64,000 nt of DNA from the NCBI GenBank assembly GCA_031554255.1, contig JAVBKC010000020.1, forward strand, positions 2,120 through 66,119, in the 5' to 3' direction. The position numbers and the translations under genes are program-made. The stretch comes from Niveibacterium sp. (lineage in GTDB: Bacteria > Pseudomonadota > Gammaproteobacteria > Burkholderiales > Rhodocyclaceae). The notes under the pieces are model-generated. The model was given only the letters and a program-made list of their open reading frames with translations. It did no database searches and was not told where the DNA came from. Below, one piece after another: positions 18,830-27,589 of this stretch (position 1 is its first letter; each line of letters begins with the position of its first letter).

Positions 18830-20272
18830 ATGAAGTCTATCGTGCGTCGCGCTGTTTTGCTGCTGTCGGCGACGATGGTATCGATCTTCTGCGCATCCGG
18901 CGCCAACGCCGACGACCGCTCCGGCGTCGCGGCCGACGCGCCTTCCGCAAGCGGCCCGGCCAATACCCGCGCCACAACGTCCAATTCGGCGGGGCTCTCC
19001 GCTGTCGCGTCCACCGCCGCCGTCTCGCGGCTCGATCTTTCGGTACGTGACGCAGGCTCGATCTCGACGCTCGATCTGACGAACGAACCGCAGGATCTTT
19101 GGGAGCGCATGCGTCAGGGGTTCGCCATGCCGAACCTGAACTCCGAATTCGTGACCGATCGCCAGGCTTGGTATCTGGCGCGGCCGGGCGCGCTGAAAAC
19201 GATGCTCGAACGCGGCCGCAAGTATCTTTACCACATCGTCGAAGAACTCGAAAAACGCGGCATGCCGACCGAACTGGCTCTGTTGCCGCTCGTCGAGAGC
19301 GCCTTCAATCCGATGGCTTATTCGCCCGCCAAGGCCTCGGGCCTGTGGCAATTCGTGCCCTCCACCGGCAAGGATTTCAACCTTACGCAAAATTGGTGGG
19401 TGGACCAACGGCGCGACGTCCTCGCCTCGACCGACGCGGCGCTGACCTACCTGCAAGCGCTGTATGAAATGCATGGCGACTGGCAACTCGCGCTCGCCTC
19501 TTACAACTGGGGCGAGAACGCAGTGATGCGGGCGGTCAATCGCAACAAGGCGGCCGGCCTGCCGACCGATTTTTCCAGCCTCTCCATGCCCACCGAAACG
19601 CGTTACTACGTACCGAAGTTGCAGGCGCTCAAGAACATCATCGCCAACCCCCGGCTCTTCGGCATCACGCTGCCGGACATTCCCAACACCGCGTATTTCG
19701 CAGCGGTCGAAGCACAGGCGAGCATGGATCTGACCGCCGCCGCGAGGCTGGCCGAGATGCCGGTCAAAGAATTTCTCGAACTGAACCCGTCGTTCAACCG
19801 CCCGGTGATTCCGGGTCAGGGCGAACGCATGCTGATCCTGCCGAAGGACAAGGTGCCGACCTTTCTTGCCAATCTCGAAACCGGCGAACAACCGCTGCTC
19901 TCGTGGCGCACCTATAGCGTCGAACAGCACGAGCGCGTCGAGCAGATCGCCGCACGTTTCGGCATCGGCGCGGCGAAACTACGCGAAGTCAACGGATTGC
20001 CGCCGCGCGGCCAACTCGCTGCGGGCTACACGCTGCTGGTGCCGGCCGTCGAAAGCATGGCAATGTCCGAACCTCTGCCGGTGCTCGCGCCACAACTTGC
20101 GAACGCGACAATCCCGGCTGCGCGCGTGCGCCTGACGTCGGACACGCACAGCAGAAGCCACGCTCATTCGAACAGCCGCCGACACACCGGACACAAGGCC
20201 GAAAAAGCCCCCGCCGCCAAGAAGGCCAAACCTTCGAGCAAGCCCGCTTCCGCGCATAAGCGCCATCACTGA
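18830..20272 (+). CDS. mltD: Membrane-bound lytic murein transglycosylase D-like protein (SLT domain plus LysM repeats)
   Basis: Signal sequence, then LALLPLVESAFNPMAYSPAKASGLWQFVPSTG (SLT catalytic Glu motif), two LysM-like segments and a basic His/Lys-rich tail. Confidence 0.88.
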   Translation: MKSIVRRAVLLLSATMVSIFCASGANADDRSGVAADAPSASGPANTRATTSNSAGLSAVASTAAVSRLDLSVRDAGSISTLDLTNEPQDLWERMRQGFAMPNLNSEFVTDRQAWYLARPGALKTMLERGRKYLYHIVEELEKRGMPTELALLPLVESAFNPMAYSPAKASGLWQFVPSTGKDFNLTQNWWVDQRRDVLASTDAALTYLQALYEMHGDWQLALASYNWGENAVMRAVNRNKAAGLPTDFSSLSMPTETRYYVPKLQALKNIIANPRLFGITLPDIPNTAYFAAVEAQASMDLTAAARLAEMPVKEFLELNPSFNRPVIPGQGERMLILPKDKVPTFLANLETGEQPLLSWRTYSVEQHERVEQIAARFGIGAAKLREVNGLPPRGQLAAGYTLLVPAVESMAMSEPLPVLAPQLANATIPAARVRLTSDTHSRSHAHSNSRRHTGHKAEKAPAAKKAKPSSKPASAHKRHH

Positions 20273-20533
20273 CGTCGCCGCACGCGACCCCACAGAAAAC
20301 CGATACCAAAGCACGATTACGTCACGCCAGCATCTGCCCGAGCCGCGTAAGATCGCTCGATCCGCAGGGCGCGCATCGCTGCCGACTTCGCCAGACTCGA
20401 TATCGCGGCCCAGTCAGTCTACGCTCCATGTATGGGCATCACGCGGTAAAAAAGAACGTGCGTAGGCGGCGCTCTCGGCAGCCGCCTCGCGCTTTGAGTA
20501 ATCGAAGGAATCCGATTTAAGGAGAGGACTCCG

Positions 20534-21016
20534 ATGGCGAATGAAATCGCAGGTACGCCGCTATTCTCCGCAGAAAATTACCGCGTGGAGGAAGGTTTCG
20601 GCTTTTTGGTCAATGCCTTACGCGCCCGCATGATGGCGGTAATGGATCGCGAGCTGGCCGAACTGGCCATCACGAGCGCCCAATGGGCAATACTCGTACA
20701 GATCGCCGACACGCCGGGCTGCACGGCGGCAACGCTTTGTCGACGCGTGCACTACGACACCGGTTCGATGACCCGGATGCTCGACCGGCTCGAAGAAAAA
20801 AGCCTGATCCGTCGCGCCCGTAGCGACCACGACCGGCGCGCAGCCTATCTATATTTGACCGAAACCGGCCAGGACATCCATACCCGCCTGCCCGTCCATG
20901 CCGCACGCGTGCTCAACGCACACTTCGAAGGTTTTTCGCCGGACGAAGTGAAAACGCTGCAGGTGTTAATGAAGCGCATGCTGTACAACGCGGAACGACT
21001 TTTGAACGGGCATTGA
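20534..21016 (+). CDS. MarR-family transcriptional regulator
   Basis: Contains ITSAQWAILVQIAD...TATLCRRVHYDTGSMTRMLDRLEEKSLIRRARSDHDRRAAYLYLTETG, a winged HTH. Strong SD (aaggagagg). Confidence 0.88.
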   Translation: MANEIAGTPLFSAENYRVEEGFGFLVNALRARMMAVMDRELAELAITSAQWAILVQIADTPGCTAATLCRRVHYDTGSMTRMLDRLEEKSLIRRARSDHDRRAAYLYLTETGQDIHTRLPVHAARVLNAHFEGFSPDEVKTLQVLMKRMLYNAERLLNGH

Positions 21017-21023
21017 AAACCGA

Positions 21024-21056
21024 CAAAAAAAGGCGCTCCAGAGCGCCTTCTTTTTT
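21024..21056. terminator. Bidirectional rho-independent terminator between the convergent marR-like gene and tpiA
   Basis: aaaaaaaggcgctc-ca-gagcgccttctttttt: a GC stem flanked by an A-run and a T-run. Confidence 0.75.
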
Positions 21057-21070
21057 CCGGCTGAGAGCGG

Positions 21071-21844
21071 TCAACGCTTCGCGAAAGTCGTCGCCGCCGC
21101 GTTGAAGATGCCGACGAACTCCTCGACGATCAGCGCAGCGCCGCCGACAAGGCCGCCGTCGATGTCCGGCATCGCGAAAAGCCCCTCGGCATTGCTCGCC
21201 TTGACGCTGCCGCCATAGAGAATTGCCGTCTGCGCAGCAAAGGCGGCACCGCTCTTTTCGATGTGTTTGCGGATGAAGGCGTGAGTTTCCTGCGCCATCT
21301 CCGGCGTGGCGGTCTTGCCAGTGCCGATTGCCCATACAGGCTCGTAGGCGATCACGATGCTGCCCGCAACCGGTGCGGGGATCGCGGCGAGCACGGCGTC
21401 GAGCTGCCGCGCGAGCACTTTCTCGGTCAGGCCGCCTTCGCGCTCCGCTTCAAGTTCGCCGATGCAGACGACCGGCACGAGGCCGCCGGCCAGCGCTGCG
21501 ACAGTTTTCTTCGCGACCCATTCGTCGCTTTCGCCAAACAGCGAGCGGCGCTCGGAATGACCGATGATCGCGTAAGTCGCGCCGACTTCCTTGAGCATCG
21601 AAACCGGCACTTCGCCGGTGTAGGCGCCTTTTTCGTATTCGGAGACATCCTGCGAACCCACGGCTATCGGCGAACCGGCCAGCGCGGCGGCCACCGAATC
21701 GAGGTAGACGAAAGGCGGGCAGACTGCGATTTCGACACCGCCCTTCTTCGCAGGCACGCCGGCCTTGAGACCATTTAGCAGCGCCGCGTTCGCAACACGC
21801 GAGCCGTTCATCTTCCAGTTGCCGATCACATAGGTCTTACGCAT
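21071..21844 (-). CDS. tpiA: Triosephosphate isomerase
   Basis: Contains VIGNWKMNG...IIGHSERR...VCIGE...AYEPVWAIGTGKTA...ILYGGSV. Confidence 0.95.
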   Translation of the reverse strand: MRKTYVIGNWKMNGSRVANAALLNGLKAGVPAKKGGVEIAVCPPFVYLDSVAAALAGSPIAVGSQDVSEYEKGAYTGEVPVSMLKEVGATYAIIGHSERRSLFGESDEWVAKKTVAALAGGLVPVVCIGELEAEREGGLTEKVLARQLDAVLAAIPAPVAGSIVIAYEPVWAIGTGKTATPEMAQETHAFIRKHIEKSGAAFAAQTAILYGGSVKASNAEGLFAMPDIDGGLVGGAALIVEEFVGIFNAAATTFAKR

Positions 21845-21959
21845 GGGAACTCCTTCTTTTCGGGATAAGCCCGGCGGGGGCGGCCGGTGCAGGAAAACGC
21901 TTATTTTACGAGCACGGCGAAGCAGCGCGCACCCGCTCGATCAAATTCGACGAGCGGGA

Positions 21960-23333
21960 TCAGGCCTCCAGCTCGCGCGCCTTGGAAATCGCCTGCTCGA
22001 TGCGGTCCACGCCAATGGTTTCGAGTCCGGCGATGGCGTGTTTGGGCAGATTGGCCTTGGGCACCAAGGCGATCTTGAAGCCGAGTTTCGCAGCTTCCTT
22101 CAAGCGCTCCTGACCGCGCGGCGCCGGTCGGATTTCGCCGGCGAGTCCGACTTCGCCGAAGACGACGAAATCGCGCCGCAGCGGTTTATTGCGCAGCGAC
22201 GAGACGATGGCCAGGCACACGGCAAGGTCGGCCGCCGGTTCGCCGATGCGCACGCCGCCGACGGCGTTGACGAATACGTCCTGATCGGCGCAGACCAGGC
22301 CCGCGTGCCGGTGCAGCACGGCAAGCAGCATCGCGAGCCGGTTCTGTTCGAGGCCGACCGAGAGCCGGCGCGGATTCGGCGCGTGCGCAGGATCGACGAG
22401 CGCCTGGACTTCGACAAGCAGCGGCCGCGTGCCTTCCTGGGTGACGAGCACGCAGGCGCCGGAGACATCCCTGTCGTGTTGCGAGAGAAAGATCGCGGAG
22501 GGGTTGGAGACGCCGCGCAAGCCGCGCTCGGTCATCGCGAAGACACCGAGTTCATTGACCGCGCCGAAGCGGTTCTTGATCGCGCGCACGAGGCGAAAAC
22601 TCGATTGCGTATCGCCTTCGAAATAGAGCACTGTGTCGACGATGTGTTCGAGCACGCGCGGACCGGCAAGGCTGCCGTCCTTCGTGACGTGGCCGACCAG
22701 CACGAGCGCACAGCCGTTCTGTTTGGCAAAGCGCGTGAGCTGCGCCGCGCATTCGCGAACCTGCGCGACCGAGCCGGGCGCAGAGTTCAGCGCCTCGGAA
22801 AATACCGTCTGGATCGAGTCCACGACGGCAAGCGCGGGCTTCTGGCCGCGCAGTGTTTCGAGAATGCGTTCGAGGTTGATTTCCGGCAGCAGTTCGAGTT
22901 CGCCACAGTCGAGCTGCAAACGCTGGGCGCGCATCGCGACTTGTTCGGCCGATTCCTCGCCGCTGATGTAGATTGCGCGGCTTTTTTGGGCCATGCCGGC
23001 AAGCGCCTGCAAGAGCAGCGTCGATTTGCCGATACCAGGATCGCCGCCGATCAGCACGACGCCGCCCGTCACCAGGCCGCCGCCGAGTACACGGTCGAAT
23101 TCATCGACACCAGTGCTCATGCGCACATGCTCGCTCGGCGCAATCGTCGCGAGTTTTTGCAGCTTACCGGTTTCGCCAGCCAACGCGGCAAAGCGACTCG
23201 TTGCGGGCAAGCTGGCCGTCGCAATGGTTTCAACGAGCGTGTTCCACTGTCCGCAGGCCGGGCACTGGCCCTGCCAGCGCATCGCGTTGCCGCCGCATTC
23301 GCTGCACTGGTAAACCGTTTTGCTCTTGGCCAC
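21960..23333 (-). CDS. radA: DNA repair protein RadA/Sms
   Basis: Contains YQCSECGGNAMRWQGQCPACGQWNT (zinc finger), GGDPGIGKSTLLLQ (Walker A), the KNRFG motif and a Lon-like C-terminus. Confidence 0.96.
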   Translation of the reverse strand: MAKSKTVYQCSECGGNAMRWQGQCPACGQWNTLVETIATASLPATSRFAALAGETGKLQKLATIAPSEHVRMSTGVDEFDRVLGGGLVTGGVVLIGGDPGIGKSTLLLQALAGMAQKSRAIYISGEESAEQVAMRAQRLQLDCGELELLPEINLERILETLRGQKPALAVVDSIQTVFSEALNSAPGSVAQVRECAAQLTRFAKQNGCALVLVGHVTKDGSLAGPRVLEHIVDTVLYFEGDTQSSFRLVRAIKNRFGAVNELGVFAMTERGLRGVSNPSAIFLSQHDRDVSGACVLVTQEGTRPLLVEVQALVDPAHAPNPRRLSVGLEQNRLAMLLAVLHRHAGLVCADQDVFVNAVGGVRIGEPAADLAVCLAIVSSLRNKPLRRDFVVFGEVGLAGEIRPAPRGQERLKEAAKLGFKIALVPKANLPKHAIAGLETIGVDRIEQAISKARELEA

Positions 23334-23347
23334 TTTTATTTTGGCTT

Positions 23348-24430
23348 TCAGGCGAGAGCGCCGATGCCGCGCGGCACCCGTTGCGCCAGCGCGCAGAACA
23401 ATTCATAACTGATCGTGCCGGCCGCCGCCGCGACTTCATCGGCCGACAAGCCTTGGCCCCACAGCACGACGCGCGCGCCGACGCCTGCCTCGGGCAGTGC
23501 GGAGAGATCGCAGGCCAGCATGTCCATCGATACCGTGCCAAGCGTGCGCGTACGCACGCCTTCGACAAGAATCGGCGTACCTGTGGTTGCATGGCGCGGA
23601 TAACCATCGGCGTAGCCGCAAGCGACAACGCCGACGCGCATGGGCCGCTCGGCGGTAAAGCGCGCGCCGTAGCCGACAGACTCGCCGGCCGCAACGTTCT
23701 GGACCGCGATGATGCGGCTCTCCACTTGCATGACCGGCCGTAAATCCAGGCTTGCGGCCGTTGCGCGCGCCGGCATCGGCGAGGCGCCATAGAGCATGAT
23801 GCCGGGCCGTACCCAATCGCGCGCGGCTGCCGGAAAACGCATCAGTGCGGCCGAATTCGCCACGCTCTGCGGCAGATCCAGGCCGGCCACGCCGGCATCG
23901 AAGCGGGCCAACGCGTCAGCGATACCGGCCTCTTCGTCGGCGCGCGCGAAATGCGTCATCAGCGTAATGCACTTGGCGGCCCCGCTCTCGCGCAGGCGCG
24001 CGACGAGCGCAGGCGCGGCGGACGGAGGGAAACCGAGCCGATTCATGCCGGTGTTGAATTTGAGACAGAGGTCGAGCGGTGCCGTGGGCCGCGCGAGTTC
24101 CAGCATGCGCAGTTGCTCGGCGTCATGTACGACGAGCGAGAGCCCTAGCCGTGCGGCATCCTTGATGTCGGCCGGATCGAACGCGCCTTCGAGCAGCAGG
24201 ATGGGCTGCCCGAAGGCGGCCTCGCGCAACGCTACGGCCTCGGCGAAATCGAGCATCGCGTAGCCGTCGGCGATGTCGCGCACCGCGTTGGCGCAAGCAA
24301 AGAGGCCGTGACCATAGGCGTTGGCCTTGACGACGACCCACGCGCGCGCCACGCCGGCGCGATGCTTCGCGAGCATGTAATTGTGGCGGAAAGCGGCCGG
24401 ATCGATTGTGGCGTGGATCGGCCTAGGCAT
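23348..24430 (-). CDS. alr: Alanine racemase
   Basis: C-terminal 360 aa of track ORF 23348..24808. Contains VVKANAYGHG (PLP Lys), MTHFARADE and VGYGARF...VVACGYADGYPR. Start at MPRPIH (24430). Confidence 0.93.
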   Translation of the reverse strand: MPRPIHATIDPAAFRHNYMLAKHRAGVARAWVVVKANAYGHGLFACANAVRDIADGYAMLDFAEAVALREAAFGQPILLLEGAFDPADIKDAARLGLSLVVHDAEQLRMLELARPTAPLDLCLKFNTGMNRLGFPPSAAPALVARLRESGAAKCITLMTHFARADEEAGIADALARFDAGVAGLDLPQSVANSAALMRFPAAARDWVRPGIMLYGASPMPARATAASLDLRPVMQVESRIIAVQNVAAGESVGYGARFTAERPMRVGVVACGYADGYPRHATTGTPILVEGVRTRTLGTVSMDMLACDLSALPEAGVGARVVLWGQGLSADEVAAAAGTISYELFCALAQRVPRGIGALA

Positions 24431-25349
24431 GCTTCTGCGCCTCGGACATCGCGCGAATATGCTCGGTCGCGAAGTCCGCGAAGATGCTGACGACACGCGG
24501 CATGAATTTATCTTTTTGTAGCACGACGCTGATGGTTTCGAAGACCGGTGGATCGAACGGAATCGCGACGAGCGTCGCCGCGCGAATATCGCGCTGGATC
24601 GAGGCGCGCGCGGCAGCAGAAAAACCGTGGCCTTGCAGCACCAGATGCTTGATCGTCGTGAGGCTGCCGAGTTCGGCTGCGATATTGAGGTTCTCGGGCG
24701 GATAACCGGCGTCGCGGAAGAATTCTTCGATAAGCTCGCAGATCGCCGCACCCGGATCGCGGTTGATGAACGCATGATCGCCGACGTCCTCGGCGCGCAG
24801 GCGTACATTACGGCTCAAGGGATGGCCCGGCGGCATGATCGCAAGCAACTCGTCGCGCGAGACTTCGCGGCATTCGAGCGCCGGATCGTTCGGACGCGAT
24901 TCGATCAAGCCGATGTCGAGTTCCTTTTCGGCCACGCGGCGCTCGACCCACTCCGAATTACCCTGAAACACGCGCGGAATCACTTTCGGGTATTCGCGCT
25001 TGAAGGCGTCGAGCAGCGAGGGCAACCAGTACGAGGCAATCGTCGGCGACAGCCCGATCGAGACGACGCCGTTGGGCTCCTGCGTCAGACCGGCAACCTC
25101 GTCCTCCATTTCGGCGCTGACGCCGAGAATTTTCTCGGCATATTCGAGCACGATGCTGCCGGCTGGCGTCAGCGTGACCTTGCCGTAGCCGCGATCGAGC
25201 AGGCGCGTATTGAAATGCTCTTCGAGCTGCTTGATCTGGAAGGTGACGGCCGGCTGCGTCATATACAAAGCCTCCGCAGCACGGGTGAATGACCGGTGCT
25301 TGGCGACGGCAAGAAATACTTGAAGCCGACGATCGGCCATGGTTGCCAT
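24423..25349 (-). CDS. LysR-family transcriptional regulator
   Basis: Contains LQVFLAVAKHRSFTRAAEALYMTQPAVTFQIKQLEEHF, an HTH plus LysR substrate-binding domain. Divergent from lplT. Confidence 0.9.
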   Translation of the reverse strand: MATMADRRLQVFLAVAKHRSFTRAAEALYMTQPAVTFQIKQLEEHFNTRLLDRGYGKVTLTPAGSIVLEYAEKILGVSAEMEDEVAGLTQEPNGVVSIGLSPTIASYWLPSLLDAFKREYPKVIPRVFQGNSEWVERRVAEKELDIGLIESRPNDPALECREVSRDELLAIMPPGHPLSRNVRLRAEDVGDHAFINRDPGAAICELIEEFFRDAGYPPENLNIAAELGSLTTIKHLVLQGHGFSAAARASIQRDIRAATLVAIPFDPPVFETISVVLQKDKFMPRVVSIFADFATEHIRAMSEAQKHA

Positions 25350-25562
25350 GATGAACTCCCGATGCGCGCCCGGCCGCTCCGCTTCTACGGAATCGAGGCA
25401 AAACGCCGCGCGCGTGGATTTTTATTGCAGCGCGGCAATTGCAACACAAATGCGGCGGCCTCGCCAGCGAGCAAGGCTTGCCGCCATATGCCCGAGCAAG
25501 GCGTCATCCGATACTTCGTGTTATAAAGCCGCGATCCCTTCGGGGCCACTCGATACGAACGG

Positions 25563-26813
25563 ATGACCCCAGGCTTCTACATCATCATGGCGGCGCAGTT
25601 CTTTTCGGCGCTTGCCGACAGCGCGCTGCTGATCGCCGCCATCGCCATCCTGCGCGACATGCACGCCGCGACGGCGGTCGAGCCATTACTCAAGCTCTTC
25701 TTCACCGTGTCCTATGTCGTGCTCGCGGCCTTCGTCGGCGCCTTCGCCGATTCGATGCCGAAGTGGCGCGTCATGTTCATCAGCAACGGCATCAAGATCA
25801 TTGGCTGCGCGACGATGTTCCTCGGCGTGCATCCGCTCGCGGCTTATGCCATCGTGGGTCTTGGCGCAGCGGCCTATTCGCCGGCCAAGTACGGCATCCT
25901 GACTGAACTCTTGCCGCACCGCCTGCTCGTCGTCGCCAACGGCTGGATAGAGGGCCTGACGGTCGGCGCAATCGTGCTCGGCACGCTGATCGGCGGCGCG
26001 CTGATCGAACCTGTCGTCGTAAAACATGTGCTCGCGCTTGGCATTCCGGGTGTGGGTACGCGCGGCGAAGTCGCGATCACGGTCGTCGGCGTGCTCTACG
26101 TAATCGCCGCGCTCTTGAATCTGCGGATTCCCGACACCGGCGTCGACCACAAGCCGCTACATAACAACCCGCTCTACCTGCTGCACGAATTCAGGCACTG
26201 CGTGAGCCTGCTCTGGCGCGACAAGCTCGGCCAGATTTCACTCGCAGTAACGACGCTGTTCTGGGGCGCCGGCGCCACGTTGCAGTTCATCGTGATCAAG
26301 TGGGCCGAGATGAACCTCAATCTCAACCTGTCGAAAGCCTCGATGGTTCAGGGCGTTGTCGCAATCGGCGTCGCTGTCGGTTCCATCCTTGCCGCACGGC
26401 TGATCTCGATGCGGCGCGCGGCCTCGGTCGTACCGCTGGGCATCGCGATGGGCATCGTCGTCATGGTGATGATCTTCGTCTACGACATCAAGCTGGCGCT
26501 CTTCCTGATGATCGCAATCGGCGCACTCGCAGGTTTTTTCGTCGTACCGATGAATGCCTTGCTGCAACACCGCGGCCACATCCTGATGGGCGCAGGCCAT
26601 TCGATCGCAGTGCAAAACTTCAACGAAAACCTCGCCATCCTCTTGATGACCGGTTTTTATTCGATCCTGATCGGCTACGGACTCCCGGTCCACACCGTGA
26701 TCGTGCTCTTCGGCTGCTTCGTCGCCGGTACGATGCTGCTGGTGCAAATACGCCACAGGATGAACCAGCGCGAGTTCGATTCGGTTTCCCAGCTTGAGGA
26801 TGTGCGTCACTGA
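25563..26813 (+). CDS. lplT: MFS lysophospholipid transporter
   Basis: 416 aa, 12 TM. Contains FYIIMAAQFFSALADSALLIAAIAIL...FADSMPKWRVMFISNGIKIIGC, typical of LplT. Confidence 0.8.
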   Translation: MTPGFYIIMAAQFFSALADSALLIAAIAILRDMHAATAVEPLLKLFFTVSYVVLAAFVGAFADSMPKWRVMFISNGIKIIGCATMFLGVHPLAAYAIVGLGAAAYSPAKYGILTELLPHRLLVVANGWIEGLTVGAIVLGTLIGGALIEPVVVKHVLALGIPGVGTRGEVAITVVGVLYVIAALLNLRIPDTGVDHKPLHNNPLYLLHEFRHCVSLLWRDKLGQISLAVTTLFWGAGATLQFIVIKWAEMNLNLNLSKASMVQGVVAIGVAVGSILAARLISMRRAASVVPLGIAMGIVVMVMIFVYDIKLALFLMIAIGALAGFFVVPMNALLQHRGHILMGAGHSIAVQNFNENLAILLMTGFYSILIGYGLPVHTVIVLFGCFVAGTMLLVQIRHRMNQREFDSVSQLEDVRH

Positions 26814-26840
26814 TATTGTTGTTAAGGGAGAAGTGTCCCA

Positions 26841-27566
26841 ATGGACTTGGATTTCTTCAGCATCCAATTTGCGCACGGTAACGACGAAGCCGTATACAAG
26901 TACGCTATTGATCAATTGCGCGTCCAGACCATCATTCTCGGCACCCACTTCTCTCTGGACGGCAAAACCCGGCAAGCCTATGCCTTCAACATTTCCCGCC
27001 TGGATAGCGAATTCCGCATGAAAGTCCTCGCAGGACACCTGAGCTGGAAGGAAGCCGCCAAGCAGGCCAATGCCTTGCGCAACCTCATGCTTGAAATTCA
27101 ACGTGGGCAGAGCAGCACGTTAGGGCGAGCCATTGCCGTGGCCATGAAGGAGAGTGGCATAAGCTTCAATGCACTGATTGCCCACAATACCCTGAAGCTA
27201 TACGGCCAAAACGCCGATTTCACACTGCTTAGCGTGGCCGAGAAAAATGCCGTCTATGGCGCAATCATTGAATCCTCGGCAAGATCCAGTCCGAGAGTCA
27301 CAGCATTGATGCGCATACTCGGTCCTGTCGGCAAAGGGCTTATGGTCCTCAGTCTGGGAATTGCCGTCTATAACGTCATGACGGCCGACAACAAAACCAC
27401 GGCAATCCTGCATGAAGCCGGCATCACCGCCGCAGGTGCAGCCGGTGGTTGGGCCGGCGCTGCGGTGGCGGGCCTAGCCTGTGGCCCCGGCGCGCCGGTT
27501 TGCGTGGGCCTCTATGTTTTCGTCGTCGGCGCGGCCGCCGCACTGGGCGTCAGCCTGCTCATGTAA
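26841..27566 (+). CDS. Hypothetical protein; membrane-inserting / pore-former-like toxin candidate with a Gly/Ala-zipper hydrophobic C-terminal hairpin
   Basis: 241 aa. In-frame stop at 26823-26825, SD aagggag about 8 nt upstream of the ATG, no signal peptide. Helical N-region, then KGLMVLSLGIAVYNVM-(polar turn)-ITAAGAAGGWAGAAVAGLACGPGAPVCVGLYVFVVGAAAALGVSLLM. AT-richer than the flanking genes. Confidence 0.7.
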   Translation: MDLDFFSIQFAHGNDEAVYKYAIDQLRVQTIILGTHFSLDGKTRQAYAFNISRLDSEFRMKVLAGHLSWKEAAKQANALRNLMLEIQRGQSSTLGRAIAVAMKESGISFNALIAHNTLKLYGQNADFTLLSVAEKNAVYGAIIESSARSSPRVTALMRILGPVGKGLMVLSLGIAVYNVMTADNKTTAILHEAGITAAGAAGGWAGAAVAGLACGPGAPVCVGLYVFVVGAAAALGVSLLM

Positions 27567-27589
27567 GCGCACCTGAAATTCGAGCAGAT

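Noticed and set aside
21843-23408. 521-aa plus-strand ORF
   Set aside because: It is entirely antisense to radA, whose zinc finger, Walker A and KNRFG motifs are unambiguous. Its composition is Arg/Ala-rich and low in complexity.
25424-25442. ATTGC-N6-GCAAT and overlapping GCAATTGC palindromes in the LysR/lplT divergent intergenic region
   Set aside because: The position is plausible for a LysR box, but the arms are only 5 bp and the T-N11-A spacing does not fit cleanly. This is too weak to call.
27449-27589. N-terminal extension of the tandem-repeat ORF (track start 27449)
   Set aside because: It overlaps the last 118 nt of the upstream gene in another frame and reads as Arg/Gly junk. The repeat alignment shows the domain begins at the MRLAPEIT ATG (27590).
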